32,000 nucleotides of DNA from Candidatus Electronema halotolerans (GTDB lineage Bacteria; Desulfobacterota; Desulfobulbia; Desulfobulbales; Desulfobulbaceae). The position numbers were made by a program, and so were the translations under genes. The notes beneath the pieces were generated by a model, which made no database searches, was not told the origin of the DNA, and worked only from the letters and a program-made list of their open reading frames with translations. The stretch spans positions 1,800,001 to 1,832,000 of the forward strand of contig OW818675.1 of assembly GCA_942493095.1 (NCBI GenBank). Direction: 5' to 3'. Of this stretch, positions 14,105 to 21,563 are shown piece after piece (within the stretch, counting starts at the first letter, position 1; each line of letters starts with the position of its first letter).

Positions 14105-15865
14105 ATGCGTTCCTCTCCCAAAGCCTTCCGCTTTGTTATTGCCCTCCTCTTCGTCCTTGCCCTGCTTGGTTATCTGATCTATCAGGAGCAACGCACGGAA
14201 CGGCCAGAGCAAATCGAAGTCACAACTGCCGGTTTCTTAGAGATGTGCTTGTCCTGCCACAAGGACGAAAAGCCTGACCCGGCCCATGCCGCCCAGATGC
14301 TCGGCTGCTCGCCCTGCCATCTCGGTGATCCCAAGGCCATTGCCAAGGACAAGGCCCACAAAGGCATGGTCCTTAATCCCGGCGACCTGCGCGTGGCCCA
14401 GCAAACCTGCGGCAAGGAAGGCTGCCACCCGGCTGATGTCCACAAGGTGAAGAACTCGCTCATGGCCACCAACCGGGGCATTCTCGCCACCCTGCTCTAT
14501 TACTGGGGCGAGCGGGACAATCAGAACGCCGAGATCACGGTGGAGCAGCTCATCGAAAGCGGCGAGACCTCCTTGGCCTTGGATTACTACCGTAAGCTCT
14601 GCGCCACCTGCCATCTCTGGAAGCCCAAGAACAACCTGCCCGGCGCGCCCCAGTTCTACAATGACCAAGGCGGCGGCTGCTCGGCCTGCCACTACATTCC
14701 AGTCAAGGGCGATCCCCAGACCACGGTCATGGACTTTGAGGACAAGGAGATCACGGGCAAGAAGCCCCATCCTCTGATCAGCAAGAAGGTGCCGGACGAC
14801 AACTGCATCCGCTGCCACAACCGCTCTGGCCGGATTGGCGTTTCTTACACGGGTATTTTTGAGGCCGAAGGCTACGGCACCCCCTACGAGCATGGCCAGC
14901 CCTCGTCCAAGCGGCTGCCGGGTGAGCGCTTCTATCTTGAGCTGGCTGAGGATGTGCATCATAAGAAAGGGATGTCCTGCATAGACTGCCACACCCGTGA
15001 AGAGATCATGGGTGACGGCACCCAGTATGCCCATTACGAGGAGCAGTTGGAGATCAGTTGCACGGGCTGTCACAGCACCAAGCCGGGCCTGACTCGCAAG
15101 GGCCGCAAGCTGACCAATGTCAGCCAGGACAAGGACGGACACTTTGTCCTCACAGGCCGCAATGACGGCCAAGTCCGCCCGCTCCGCCCGCCCAAGCAGG
15201 ATGCCTGCGCCTATCCCGGCCACCAGCGGCTCTCGTGCGAGTCCTGCCATGCCACCTGGGTGCCGCAGTGCTATGGCTGCCATGCCCGCCGCGATGCCCG
15301 CGAGACCCATCTTGACAAGCTGACCGTCAAGGAGACACCGGGCTGGTGGCTGGAAGGCCGTTCCTATATCCGCTATGAGCAGCCCATGCTGGCGGTCTGG
15401 CAGGACAAAGTGGTGATTGTCACGCCCGGCTGTCAGGATATGGTGACGCTGATTGACAAGGAAGGCAAGATCAGCGGCGGCTTTAACCGCTTCACGATGG
15501 CGGCCATCAATCCGCATACCACCCAAGCTAAGGGCAGGCCCTGCAAGGATTGTCACGCCGCGCCCAAGACCATCGGCCTTGGCCAGGGCACAGTGACCAA
15601 GAAGGACGGCAAGTGGCAGTTCCATTCGGTTGATCAAGGCGTGGAGACCCTGCATGGCCGCACCGTGCCCTTGGATGCCTTTGTCACCATTGACGGCAAG
15701 CAGCTCCAGCACGGCTCCCGGCCCGATCTGCGCCCGTTCAATGCTGAGGAGCTGCACCGCATTCTCCGGGTGGGACTGTGCCTGCCCTGCCACAAGAGCT
15801 ATGACGACCCAGCCTACCGCAACTATGACCCGCAGCGGCAGTGTCCTAAATATCAGGAGCAGTGA
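14105..15865 (+). CDS. Multihaem c-type cytochrome (11 CxxCH plus one CxxxxCH site), N-terminal membrane anchor or signal
   Basis: CxxCH motifs: CLSCH, CSPCH, CATCH, CSACH, CIRCH, CIDCH, CTGCH, CESCH, CYGCH, CKDCH, CLPCH. There is also CGKEGCH. The N-terminus MRSSPKAFRFVIALLFVLALLGYLIY is hydrophobic. Confidence 0.92.
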   Translation: MRSSPKAFRFVIALLFVLALLGYLIYQEQRTERPEQIEVTTAGFLEMCLSCHKDEKPDPAHAAQMLGCSPCHLGDPKAIAKDKAHKGMVLNPGDLRVAQQTCGKEGCHPADVHKVKNSLMATNRGILATLLYYWGERDNQNAEITVEQLIESGETSLALDYYRKLCATCHLWKPKNNLPGAPQFYNDQGGGCSACHYIPVKGDPQTTVMDFEDKEITGKKPHPLISKKVPDDNCIRCHNRSGRIGVSYTGIFEAEGYGTPYEHGQPSSKRLPGERFYLELAEDVHHKKGMSCIDCHTREEIMGDGTQYAHYEEQLEISCTGCHSTKPGLTRKGRKLTNVSQDKDGHFVLTGRNDGQVRPLRPPKQDACAYPGHQRLSCESCHATWVPQCYGCHARRDARETHLDKLTVKETPGWWLEGRSYIRYEQPMLAVWQDKVVIVTPGCQDMVTLIDKEGKISGGFNRFTMAAINPHTTQAKGRPCKDCHAAPKTIGLGQGTVTKKDGKWQFHSVDQGVETLHGRTVPLDAFVTIDGKQLQHGSRPDLRPFNAEELHRILRVGLCLPCHKSYDDPAYRNYDPQRQCPKYQEQ

Positions 15866-15899
15866 GGCGTAGGGGCACGGCGCGCCGTGCCCCTACGCC
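15866..15899. repeat. Perfect 34-bp palindrome containing GTAG-headed REP-like units
   Basis: GGCGTAGGGGCACGGCG/CGCCGTGCCCCTACGCC starts one base after the cytochrome stop (TGA 15863-15865) and ends 23 nt before the TPR gene start. No T-run follows it. Confidence 0.9.
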
Positions 15900-15922
15900 T
15901 TACCGTGATTGACGGAGGAACC

Positions 15923-17992
15923 ATGACCAATCAATTCCACAACAGCGGCCCTGGCGAGCAGAACGTTGCGCAGGGCGACCACGCCATTGGCAAGCAGGAG
16001 AACACCGGGCAGGATGTAGGCGGAGATGGCAACATCTTCTCCGGCACAGGCAATGTGACGGTGCATCAAGGCTTGCGGGTGAAGACGCGCACGGTGCTGC
16101 TTGGTGCAGGGCTGGCAACCATGCTGCTGGGCGCGGGACTGGCCGGGTGGCACTTCCTTGCGCCGAAGCCGCCGCCGGTGCAGAACAACAGCATCGTCAT
16201 CAAGGACAACAAAGACAGCGGGCCGACTGCTGTTGCGCAGGGCGCGGGTGCCGCTGTTCACCAGACGATCAACTACCCCGGCGGCTACAACGTCTCCTTG
16301 GAACTCTTTGAGAAGTATGTCAAAGACCTTGATGTCACGGATGTTGCCTTGGTCAGCTTCTTCAAGATCATGGAGAAGGCGCAGGTGCCCCGTGCGGACT
16401 TGGACAGCAAGCTGCGCGAGATAGCCGCCCAGTACAAGGAACTGCTGGCCCGGCTGGACAGCGTGAAGTCCGAAGACCCGCAGGTGGTGAAGCTGAAGCA
16501 GGAGGCTAAACAGGCCATTGAGGCGGGCGACTACGCCAAGGCCGAGGAACTGCTGAACCAAGCAGAGGCTCTTGACCTGAAGGCCATTGAGCAGATGGAG
16601 AAGACGGCCAAGCAGCGGCGCATCTCCGCTGCGGCAACCAATGCTGACCAAGCCAGTCTCCAGCGTCTCCAGTTGCATTACGCCAAGGCTGCCGAGTATT
16701 GGCAGAAGGCTGCGGCCCTGCTGCCGGAGGAGAGCAAGGAGGAACGCTCGCTCTATCTGTATGAGGCGGGCTATGACCTTCATCGCATTGCCAAATACAA
16801 GGAGGCATTGCCTGTGTATGAGCAGAGCTTGGCGATAGATCGGGAGCTTGGCGATAGGGAAGGCGAAGGCGTGACGCTGAACAACATCAGCCAGATTTAC
16901 TCTGCGTGGGGAGACTACGGCACGGCCCTGAAGTATCTGGAGCAGAGCTTGGCCATCCGCCGGGAGATTGGCGACAAGGTAGGTGAAGGTACGACACTGA
17001 ACAACCTTGCTACGACCGCCTATGCCAAGGGAGACTACGGCACGGCCCTGAAAGATATGGAGCAGAACCTTATTTTCTTCCGGGAGATTGGTAATAAGAA
17101 GTATGAAGGGGGTACTCTGAACAACATCAGCCAGATTTACTCTGCGCGAGGTGACTACGTTGCGGCTCTGAAGCATCTGGAGCCGAGCTTGGCCATCAGC
17201 CGGGAGATTGGCGACAAGACAGTGGAAGGCAAGGCGCTGAACAACATAGGCGAGATTTACCGTAAGCGGGGTGACTATGACAAAGCCCTGCCTCTATATG
17301 AGCAGAGTCTGAGCATCAGCCGGAAGATTGGCGACAAGACAGTGGAAAACACGGCACTGAACAATATCGGTCTGATTTACTTTGCGCGGGGTGACTACGA
17401 CAAAGCCCTATCCCAGTATGAGCAGAGTCTGAGCATCAGTCGGGAAATTGGCGACAAGACAGTGGAAGGCACGACGCTGAACAACATAGGCGAGATTTAC
17501 CGTGCGCGAGGTGACTACGACAAAGCCCTGTCTCTGTATGAGCAGAGTCTGAGCATCCGCCGGGAGATTGGTGACAGGGCCAACACGACGCTGAACAACA
17601 TCGGCGAGACTTACCGTGTGCGGGGCGACTACGACAAAGCCCTCAAGTATCTGGAGCAGAGCTTGGCTCTCAGTAAAGAGCTTGGCGACAGAGCTATGCA
17701 AGGCACGACGCTGAACAACATCGGCCTGATTTACGATGCGCGGGGCGACTACGCTGCGGCCCTCAAGTATCTGGAGCAGAGCCTGACCATCAGCAAAGAG
17801 ATCGGCGACAGGCGCGGGGAAGCAGAGACGAGTTGGAATATCGGTCGCACGTACGAAAAGCAGGACGACCTAGCCAAGGCGGAACAGCACATCAGCCGGG
17901 CGGTGCAGCTTGCCGAGGAGATTGGTCATCCTGAATTGGAGAGATTCCGCAAGGGATTGGAAGACATCCGCGTCAAGCTGCGGGGCAGGTAG
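15923..17992 (+). CDS. Membrane-anchored tetratricopeptide-repeat protein (689 aa)
   Basis: ATG 15923 follows GGAGG (15914-15918). The 15887 start lies inside the palindrome. One hydrophobic helix (VLLGAGLATMLLGAGLAGWHFLA) and a coiled-coil-like region are followed by about ten 40-aa units (LNNIG.IY.ARGDYDKAL..YEQSL.I.REIGDK..EG.T). Confidence 0.9.
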   Translation: MTNQFHNSGPGEQNVAQGDHAIGKQENTGQDVGGDGNIFSGTGNVTVHQGLRVKTRTVLLGAGLATMLLGAGLAGWHFLAPKPPPVQNNSIVIKDNKDSGPTAVAQGAGAAVHQTINYPGGYNVSLELFEKYVKDLDVTDVALVSFFKIMEKAQVPRADLDSKLREIAAQYKELLARLDSVKSEDPQVVKLKQEAKQAIEAGDYAKAEELLNQAEALDLKAIEQMEKTAKQRRISAAATNADQASLQRLQLHYAKAAEYWQKAAALLPEESKEERSLYLYEAGYDLHRIAKYKEALPVYEQSLAIDRELGDREGEGVTLNNISQIYSAWGDYGTALKYLEQSLAIRREIGDKVGEGTTLNNLATTAYAKGDYGTALKDMEQNLIFFREIGNKKYEGGTLNNISQIYSARGDYVAALKHLEPSLAISREIGDKTVEGKALNNIGEIYRKRGDYDKALPLYEQSLSISRKIGDKTVENTALNNIGLIYFARGDYDKALSQYEQSLSISREIGDKTVEGTTLNNIGEIYRARGDYDKALSLYEQSLSIRREIGDRANTTLNNIGETYRVRGDYDKALKYLEQSLALSKELGDRAMQGTTLNNIGLIYDARGDYAAALKYLEQSLTISKEIGDRRGEAETSWNIGRTYEKQDDLAKAEQHISRAVQLAEEIGHPELERFRKGLEDIRVKLRGR
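16762..17940 (+). repeat. About ten tandem 120-nt coding repeats (TPR units); boundaries approximate
   Basis: Recurrent nucleotide blocks such as CTGAACAACATMGGCGAGATTTACCGTGCGCGRGGTGACTACGACAAAGCCCT and TATGAGCAGAGTCTGAGCATC. One unit is 38 aa (EIGDRANTTLNNIG...) rather than 40. Confidence 0.85.
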
Positions 17993-18046
17993 GGTCGTAG
18001 GTCGTAGGGACAATTCATGAATTGTCCCTGCATTCATTGTCCCTGC
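17989..18046. repeat. GTAG-headed palindromic element, AT-loop variant, left copy
   Basis: GTAGGGTC GTAGGTC GTAGGGACAATTCATGAATTGTCCCT GCATTCATTGTCCCTGC. The core GGGACAATTCA/TGAATTGTCCC is a perfect 22-bp palindrome. The first GTAG supplies the TAG stop of the TPR gene (17990-17992). The 26 nt at 18004-18029 are identical to 18705-18730. Confidence 0.65.
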
Positions 18047-18079
18047 GGAATGCGGCAGGCAATAGGCAGACCGGCCCGT

Positions 18080-18243
18080 CTGTACATCTCTCCTCAGAGC
18101 CGCAGCACATGTGCAGATGTGCTCGCCGTTCATGGCTGCATGTACACCCCAGCAGATGTCTCCTTGCGCGGGCAGCACATCTCTGCATGTACGCCCCAGC
18201 ACATCTGCAGATGTATGCCGGAGCACATGTCTGCATGTACAGG
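18080..18243. repeat. Degenerate repeat array built from three short motifs
   Basis: AGCACAT occurs at 18104, 18174, 18198 and 18222. CTGCATGTAC occurs at 18136, 18183 and 18231 (47-48 nt apart). GCAGATGT occurs at 18113, 18152 and 18207. The 24-mers at 18136 and 18183 match at 21 of 24 positions. ACATCTGCAGATGT (18201-18214) is a perfect 14-bp palindrome. Confidence 0.55.
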
Positions 18244-18276
18244 AGCCGCAGGCCAGCCTGCGCCCTGCGTATATCC

Positions 18277-18305
18277 TTGACAAATGCGGGCGGGCGGCGT
18301 AGGAT
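18277..18305 (+). promoter_or_regulatory. Possible sigma70-type promoter for the small ORF
   Basis: TTGACA (18277-18282), a 17-nt GC-rich spacer, then TAGGAT (18300-18305). It lies about 60 nt upstream of ATG 18364. Pattern match only. Confidence 0.35.
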
Positions 18306-18363
18306 ATGCCGGCTGTGATCTTCCGCACTCATATCATGCAGTTCCTTCCCAAGGAGAAAAGCT

Positions 18364-18693
18364 ATGGCAACGATTCAATGGCGGCCTGAAGTCAACGCGC
18401 TCACCGTGCCGCAATCCTACTGGATTCGCTTCATACCGCGCAACTCGGCCAGCCGGAAAGACATTCTGCGGTCGGACGCGCTGCTCTTCAGCTTGCTGGA
18501 CATGCAGGAAGGCGGGCAGACAGGCCCGGTCGTGACCGTCACTGCCAACGGGGAACAGACCCTGCAAGGCTTCGGCGGCTCGGCAGTCAGCAGCCTGACT
18601 GTGCGGGTCGATGACTACGCCGCCCTCAAGTCGCTGATCCGCAACAGCTACAGCAGCAGGCTGGTCGATCTGCTCAACGTGGAGACGGCGTAG
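18364..18693 (+). CDS. Small hypothetical protein (109 aa)
   Basis: A strong SD AAGGAG (18351-18356) lies 7 nt before ATG 18364. Composition is normal (MATIQWRPEVNALTVPQSYWIRFIPRNSASRKD...). The TAG stop (18691-18693) is part of a GTAG repeat head. I recognise no family. Confidence 0.6.
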   Translation: MATIQWRPEVNALTVPQSYWIRFIPRNSASRKDILRSDALLFSLLDMQEGGQTGPVVTVTANGEQTLQGFGGSAVSSLTVRVDDYAALKSLIRNSYSSRLVDLLNVETA

Positions 18694-18748
18694 GGCAATT
18701 CATTGTAGGGACAATTCATGAATTGTCCCTACAATGAATTTGTCCCTC
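18690..18748. repeat. GTAG-headed palindromic element, AT-loop variant, right copy
   Basis: GTAGGGC then AATTCATTGTAGGGACAATTCA/TGAATTGTCCCTACAATGAATT, a perfect 44-bp palindrome at 18697-18740, then TGTCCCTCC. Confidence 0.9.
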
Positions 18749-18757
18749 CAAGGCATT

Positions 18758-19570
18758 ATGAACCTGACAGACACCTACGCGCTGGTCCTCGGTGCGAGCC
18801 GGGGCATGGGCCGGGCCATTGCCCGCAGACTGGCCGCTGAAGGAGCGCGGCTGATCCTGCCGTGGTTTGACTGGCCAGAGTCGGTGCAGGAGATGGAAAA
18901 GGAATTTGCCGGTCATCTGTGCCTGCACGCTGACCTGCGCCGCCCGGACAGCGTGCAGGCTTTGGTGCGGCGCATTGAGGAGGACTGCGGCTGCCTCCAT
19001 ATTCTGATCAACAACATTGAGCGGGGCGGAATGCCAGTGCTGCATGGCAGTTATGACCGGCCCGTCAACAGCGAGCAGTGGCAGTTGGAACTGGAAACCA
19101 CGCTCCGGGCCAAGCAGCTTGTCTTTGATCATTGCCTGCCCCTGCTGCGGCGGGCCGAGCAGGCGGCTGTGGTCAACATTTCCTCCATTGCCGCCCTGAC
19201 CGGACGTTCCGGCCCGGCTGGACTGCTCTTCAGCGACGGCTACGCTGCCGCCAATCGTGGCATCAGCTCGCTCACCGAAACCTGGGCCAGACTCGGCGCG
19301 CCGACCATTCGGGTCAACGAGCTGATGCTCGGTCTCTTTGACCATCGGCACGGGCCGGGCACACGCGGCTGGGGCCTGCTCAGGCCAGCCGAGCAGGAAG
19401 CCCTGCTCCGCCACACCCTGCTGCGGCGCACTGGCAGTCCAGAAGAGGCCGCAGAAGCGGTCATGTTCCTCCTCCAGGCAGAGTTCATGACCGGCACAGT
19501 CCTGCGGCTGGATGGCGGCTTTGTCCTTGGCCACAGTCAGGTGCCGGACATGCCCGCAGGAGTGCTCTGA
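18758..19570 (+). CDS. Short-chain dehydrogenase/reductase (SDR) family protein
   Basis: MNLTDTYALVLGASRGMGRAIARRLAAEGARL is the Rossmann G..RG.G motif. NNIERGG, NISSIAAL and IRVNELMLG are also present. ATG 18734 is in frame but lies inside the 44-bp palindrome, so 18758 is preferred; the start remains uncertain. The expected YxxxK reads YAAAN. Confidence 0.82.
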   Translation: MNLTDTYALVLGASRGMGRAIARRLAAEGARLILPWFDWPESVQEMEKEFAGHLCLHADLRRPDSVQALVRRIEEDCGCLHILINNIERGGMPVLHGSYDRPVNSEQWQLELETTLRAKQLVFDHCLPLLRRAEQAAVVNISSIAALTGRSGPAGLLFSDGYAAANRGISSLTETWARLGAPTIRVNELMLGLFDHRHGPGTRGWGLLRPAEQEALLRHTLLRRTGSPEEAAEAVMFLLQAEFMTGTVLRLDGGFVLGHSQVPDMPAGVL

Positions 19571-19688
19571 AGCAAGCCTGTATTTGCAGTTGTCTTCGCC
19601 TTGCTCCCCTGTTTTTTCTCTCGTACAAGCCAAGCGGCAGACCATGCCGCTGAACTGTGAACTTCATCCCATTCAAGGAGGTTTCCTT

Positions 19689-21440
19689 ATGACTACACCG
19701 CAACATCCTTGCCGTCGGCTTTTCCTGCTGGCGCTGCTCTGCCTGTTCTGCCTGGGGCCGCATCTTGCTGCTGCGCAAAATGACCAAGCCCAAGTTGAAC
19801 AGGCCGCGCCGCAGACTGAGGCGGAAATGCTGAACAACATCATCGCGGCCAGAGACTCCCTCCAGCAGGAGCTGAATGCGGCCACCAAGGAGTGGAAGCA
19901 GGCCAAGACGGACGAGGAAAAATCTGTCCTGCACAAGACAGTTGAAGAACTGAGCGGACGGATGCAGATATTGGAGAAAGACTTCAAGCATATTGCCACG
20001 GGCGTGGATATCAGCCAGTTTGACCCGGTGACAGAAAAGATTGACTGGCAGAAAGAGCTGGAAGCGTTGTTCGCCCCGCTGGTTGAAGGGATGAAGAAAA
20101 TGACCGCCCGGCCCCGCGAACTGGAGCTGCTCCGCTATCAGGTGTCCCAGACCGAACAGCGCATTGCCCTGACAGAAAGCGCGGTGAAGAACATCAGTCA
20201 GCATCTTGACAAGACGGATTCCGCCTTGGTGAAAAAGGAGCTGAAAGCCATGCTCCAGTCGTGGATGCGGCGGAGCGAGGAGCTGCAAAGTCGCCTGGCC
20301 GCCTCCCAGCAGCAGCTTAAAGACAAGGAGCAGGAGGACGGGCTGATCTTCACCTCCCTGCGGGATGCATTCCGCCACCAAGGCATGGACTTGGCACTGG
20401 CTTTTGCCGCCTTGATCACGGTCATTCTGCTGATGAACTACGCCAAGCAGCGGCTCTACCGCAAAACTGGCTTGGGCAGACTTGGCGAGCATCGCTCCTT
20501 TCTCCTCCGGCTGGGTGAGATTGTTTATTATTTCCTCACCATGCTGGCTGGTATCAGCTCTTTTCTCATTGTTCTCTATCTGAGGACAGACTGGATCATG
20601 CTCGGTTTGAGCCTGGTCATGCTCTTTGGGCTGGCCTGGGCAGGCAAGCAGGCCCTGCCTCTGTTCTGGGAGCAGGTCAAGATGCTGCTCAATCTGAGCA
20701 CAGTCCGGGAAGGGGAGCGGCTCATCTATCAGGGCCTGCCGTGGAAGGTGCTGCCGATCAACATCTACACCAAGCTGCTCAATCCTGATCTCAAAGGCGG
20801 CATGATCCGTCTGCCCATCTCCTCGCTGGTCGGCCTGCAATCCCGGCCCTTTTACAAGGATGAGCCGTGGTTTCCCACCAAAACCGGCGATCTGATTGAG
20901 CTGTCTGACGGCGCAATCGGCACGATTTCCCTGCAAACCCCGGAGCAGGTGGTCATAGAGACCCGGAACGGCGCCTTCAAGACCTATTCAACCCTGACCT
21001 TTCTTGGTCTCAATCCGATCAACTACTCAGCCAACACCTTTGGCATCTTTGTCACCTTTGGCATTGATTACGACTGTCAGGCGCAAATCACCCGCACCAT
21101 TCCCTGCCTGCTGCGCGAGCATGTCATGGCGGTCTTGGCGGAAGAAGAATACGGCTCCGATCTGGTGGAGCTGCTGGTTGAGTTCAAGGCAGCCGCCGCC
21201 TCATCGCTCGATATTCTGCTGGCAGTCAAATTCCCCGGCAGTCAGGCAAGCAATTACTTTGCCATTTCCCGCTTTCTCCAGCGGGCAGCGGTTGATGCCT
21301 GCAACAAATACGGATGGGGCATTCCCTTCATGCAGATCACCCTGCATCAGGCCGAAGCGGAGAGCCAGGAGCTGGTTCGTGCGGCAGATTTTCAGGAATC
21401 TGCCAAAGAAGATTCTGTCCGCTTGACAGCCCAGCCGTGA
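19689..21440 (+). CDS. Mechanosensitive (MscS-family) channel with an N-terminal periplasmic coiled-coil domain
   Basis: AAGGAGG lies 7 nt before ATG 19689. Signal-like MTTPQHPCRRLFLLALLCLFCLGPHLAAA is followed by a Gln/Glu/Lys-rich coiled coil, several TM helices, and then the MscS beta-domain pattern GDLIELSDGAIGTISLQTPEQVVIETRNGAFKTYS. The 19512 start is an extension overlapping the SDR gene. Confidence 0.8.
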   Translation: MTTPQHPCRRLFLLALLCLFCLGPHLAAAQNDQAQVEQAAPQTEAEMLNNIIAARDSLQQELNAATKEWKQAKTDEEKSVLHKTVEELSGRMQILEKDFKHIATGVDISQFDPVTEKIDWQKELEALFAPLVEGMKKMTARPRELELLRYQVSQTEQRIALTESAVKNISQHLDKTDSALVKKELKAMLQSWMRRSEELQSRLAASQQQLKDKEQEDGLIFTSLRDAFRHQGMDLALAFAALITVILLMNYAKQRLYRKTGLGRLGEHRSFLLRLGEIVYYFLTMLAGISSFLIVLYLRTDWIMLGLSLVMLFGLAWAGKQALPLFWEQVKMLLNLSTVREGERLIYQGLPWKVLPINIYTKLLNPDLKGGMIRLPISSLVGLQSRPFYKDEPWFPTKTGDLIELSDGAIGTISLQTPEQVVIETRNGAFKTYSTLTFLGLNPINYSANTFGIFVTFGIDYDCQAQITRTIPCLLREHVMAVLAEEEYGSDLVELLVEFKAAAASSLDILLAVKFPGSQASNYFAISRFLQRAAVDACNKYGWGIPFMQITLHQAEAESQELVRAADFQESAKEDSVRLTAQP

Positions 21441-21563
21441 GGCTTTATTTCTGGTTCTGAACGGCAAAGCACTCCGGTGATTTCGGTGCCGCTCTTATCT
21501 CAGGCATCCTCATAAGCGCACCTGAACCGCGCATCCACTTCTTCAAAGAAGCATCATCAAAAT

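Noticed and set aside
14237-15793. 518-aa ORF on the minus strand
   Set aside because: It is fully antisense to the multihaem cytochrome gene, whose twelve haem motifs leave no doubt about the coding strand. Its Ala/Gly/Leu/Arg-rich composition is typical of stop-free antisense frames in GC-rich genes.
15893-17176. 427-aa minus-strand ORF
   Set aside because: It is antisense to the TPR gene. It has a repetitive Leu/Arg/Val/Gln composition that mirrors the sense repeats, and no start context.
18080-18243. Possible CRISPR array
   Set aside because: The repeats are short (7-24 nt), degenerate and irregularly interleaved, not regular 28-37-nt repeats with unique spacers. No cas genes are in the window.
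18015-18332. Several overlapping 60-150-aa ORFs on both strands in the repeat array
   Set aside because: Their products are Cys/His/Arg/Met-rich low-complexity strings generated by the nucleotide repeats. They overlap in all frames and have no SD sequences. I treat the region as non-coding.
18716-20936. 309-aa and 483-aa minus-strand ORFs (18716-19645 and 19485-20936)
   Set aside because: They are antisense to the SDR and MscS-like genes, both of which have clear family motifs. The antisense products are low-complexity (Gln/Gly/Leu/Arg-rich).
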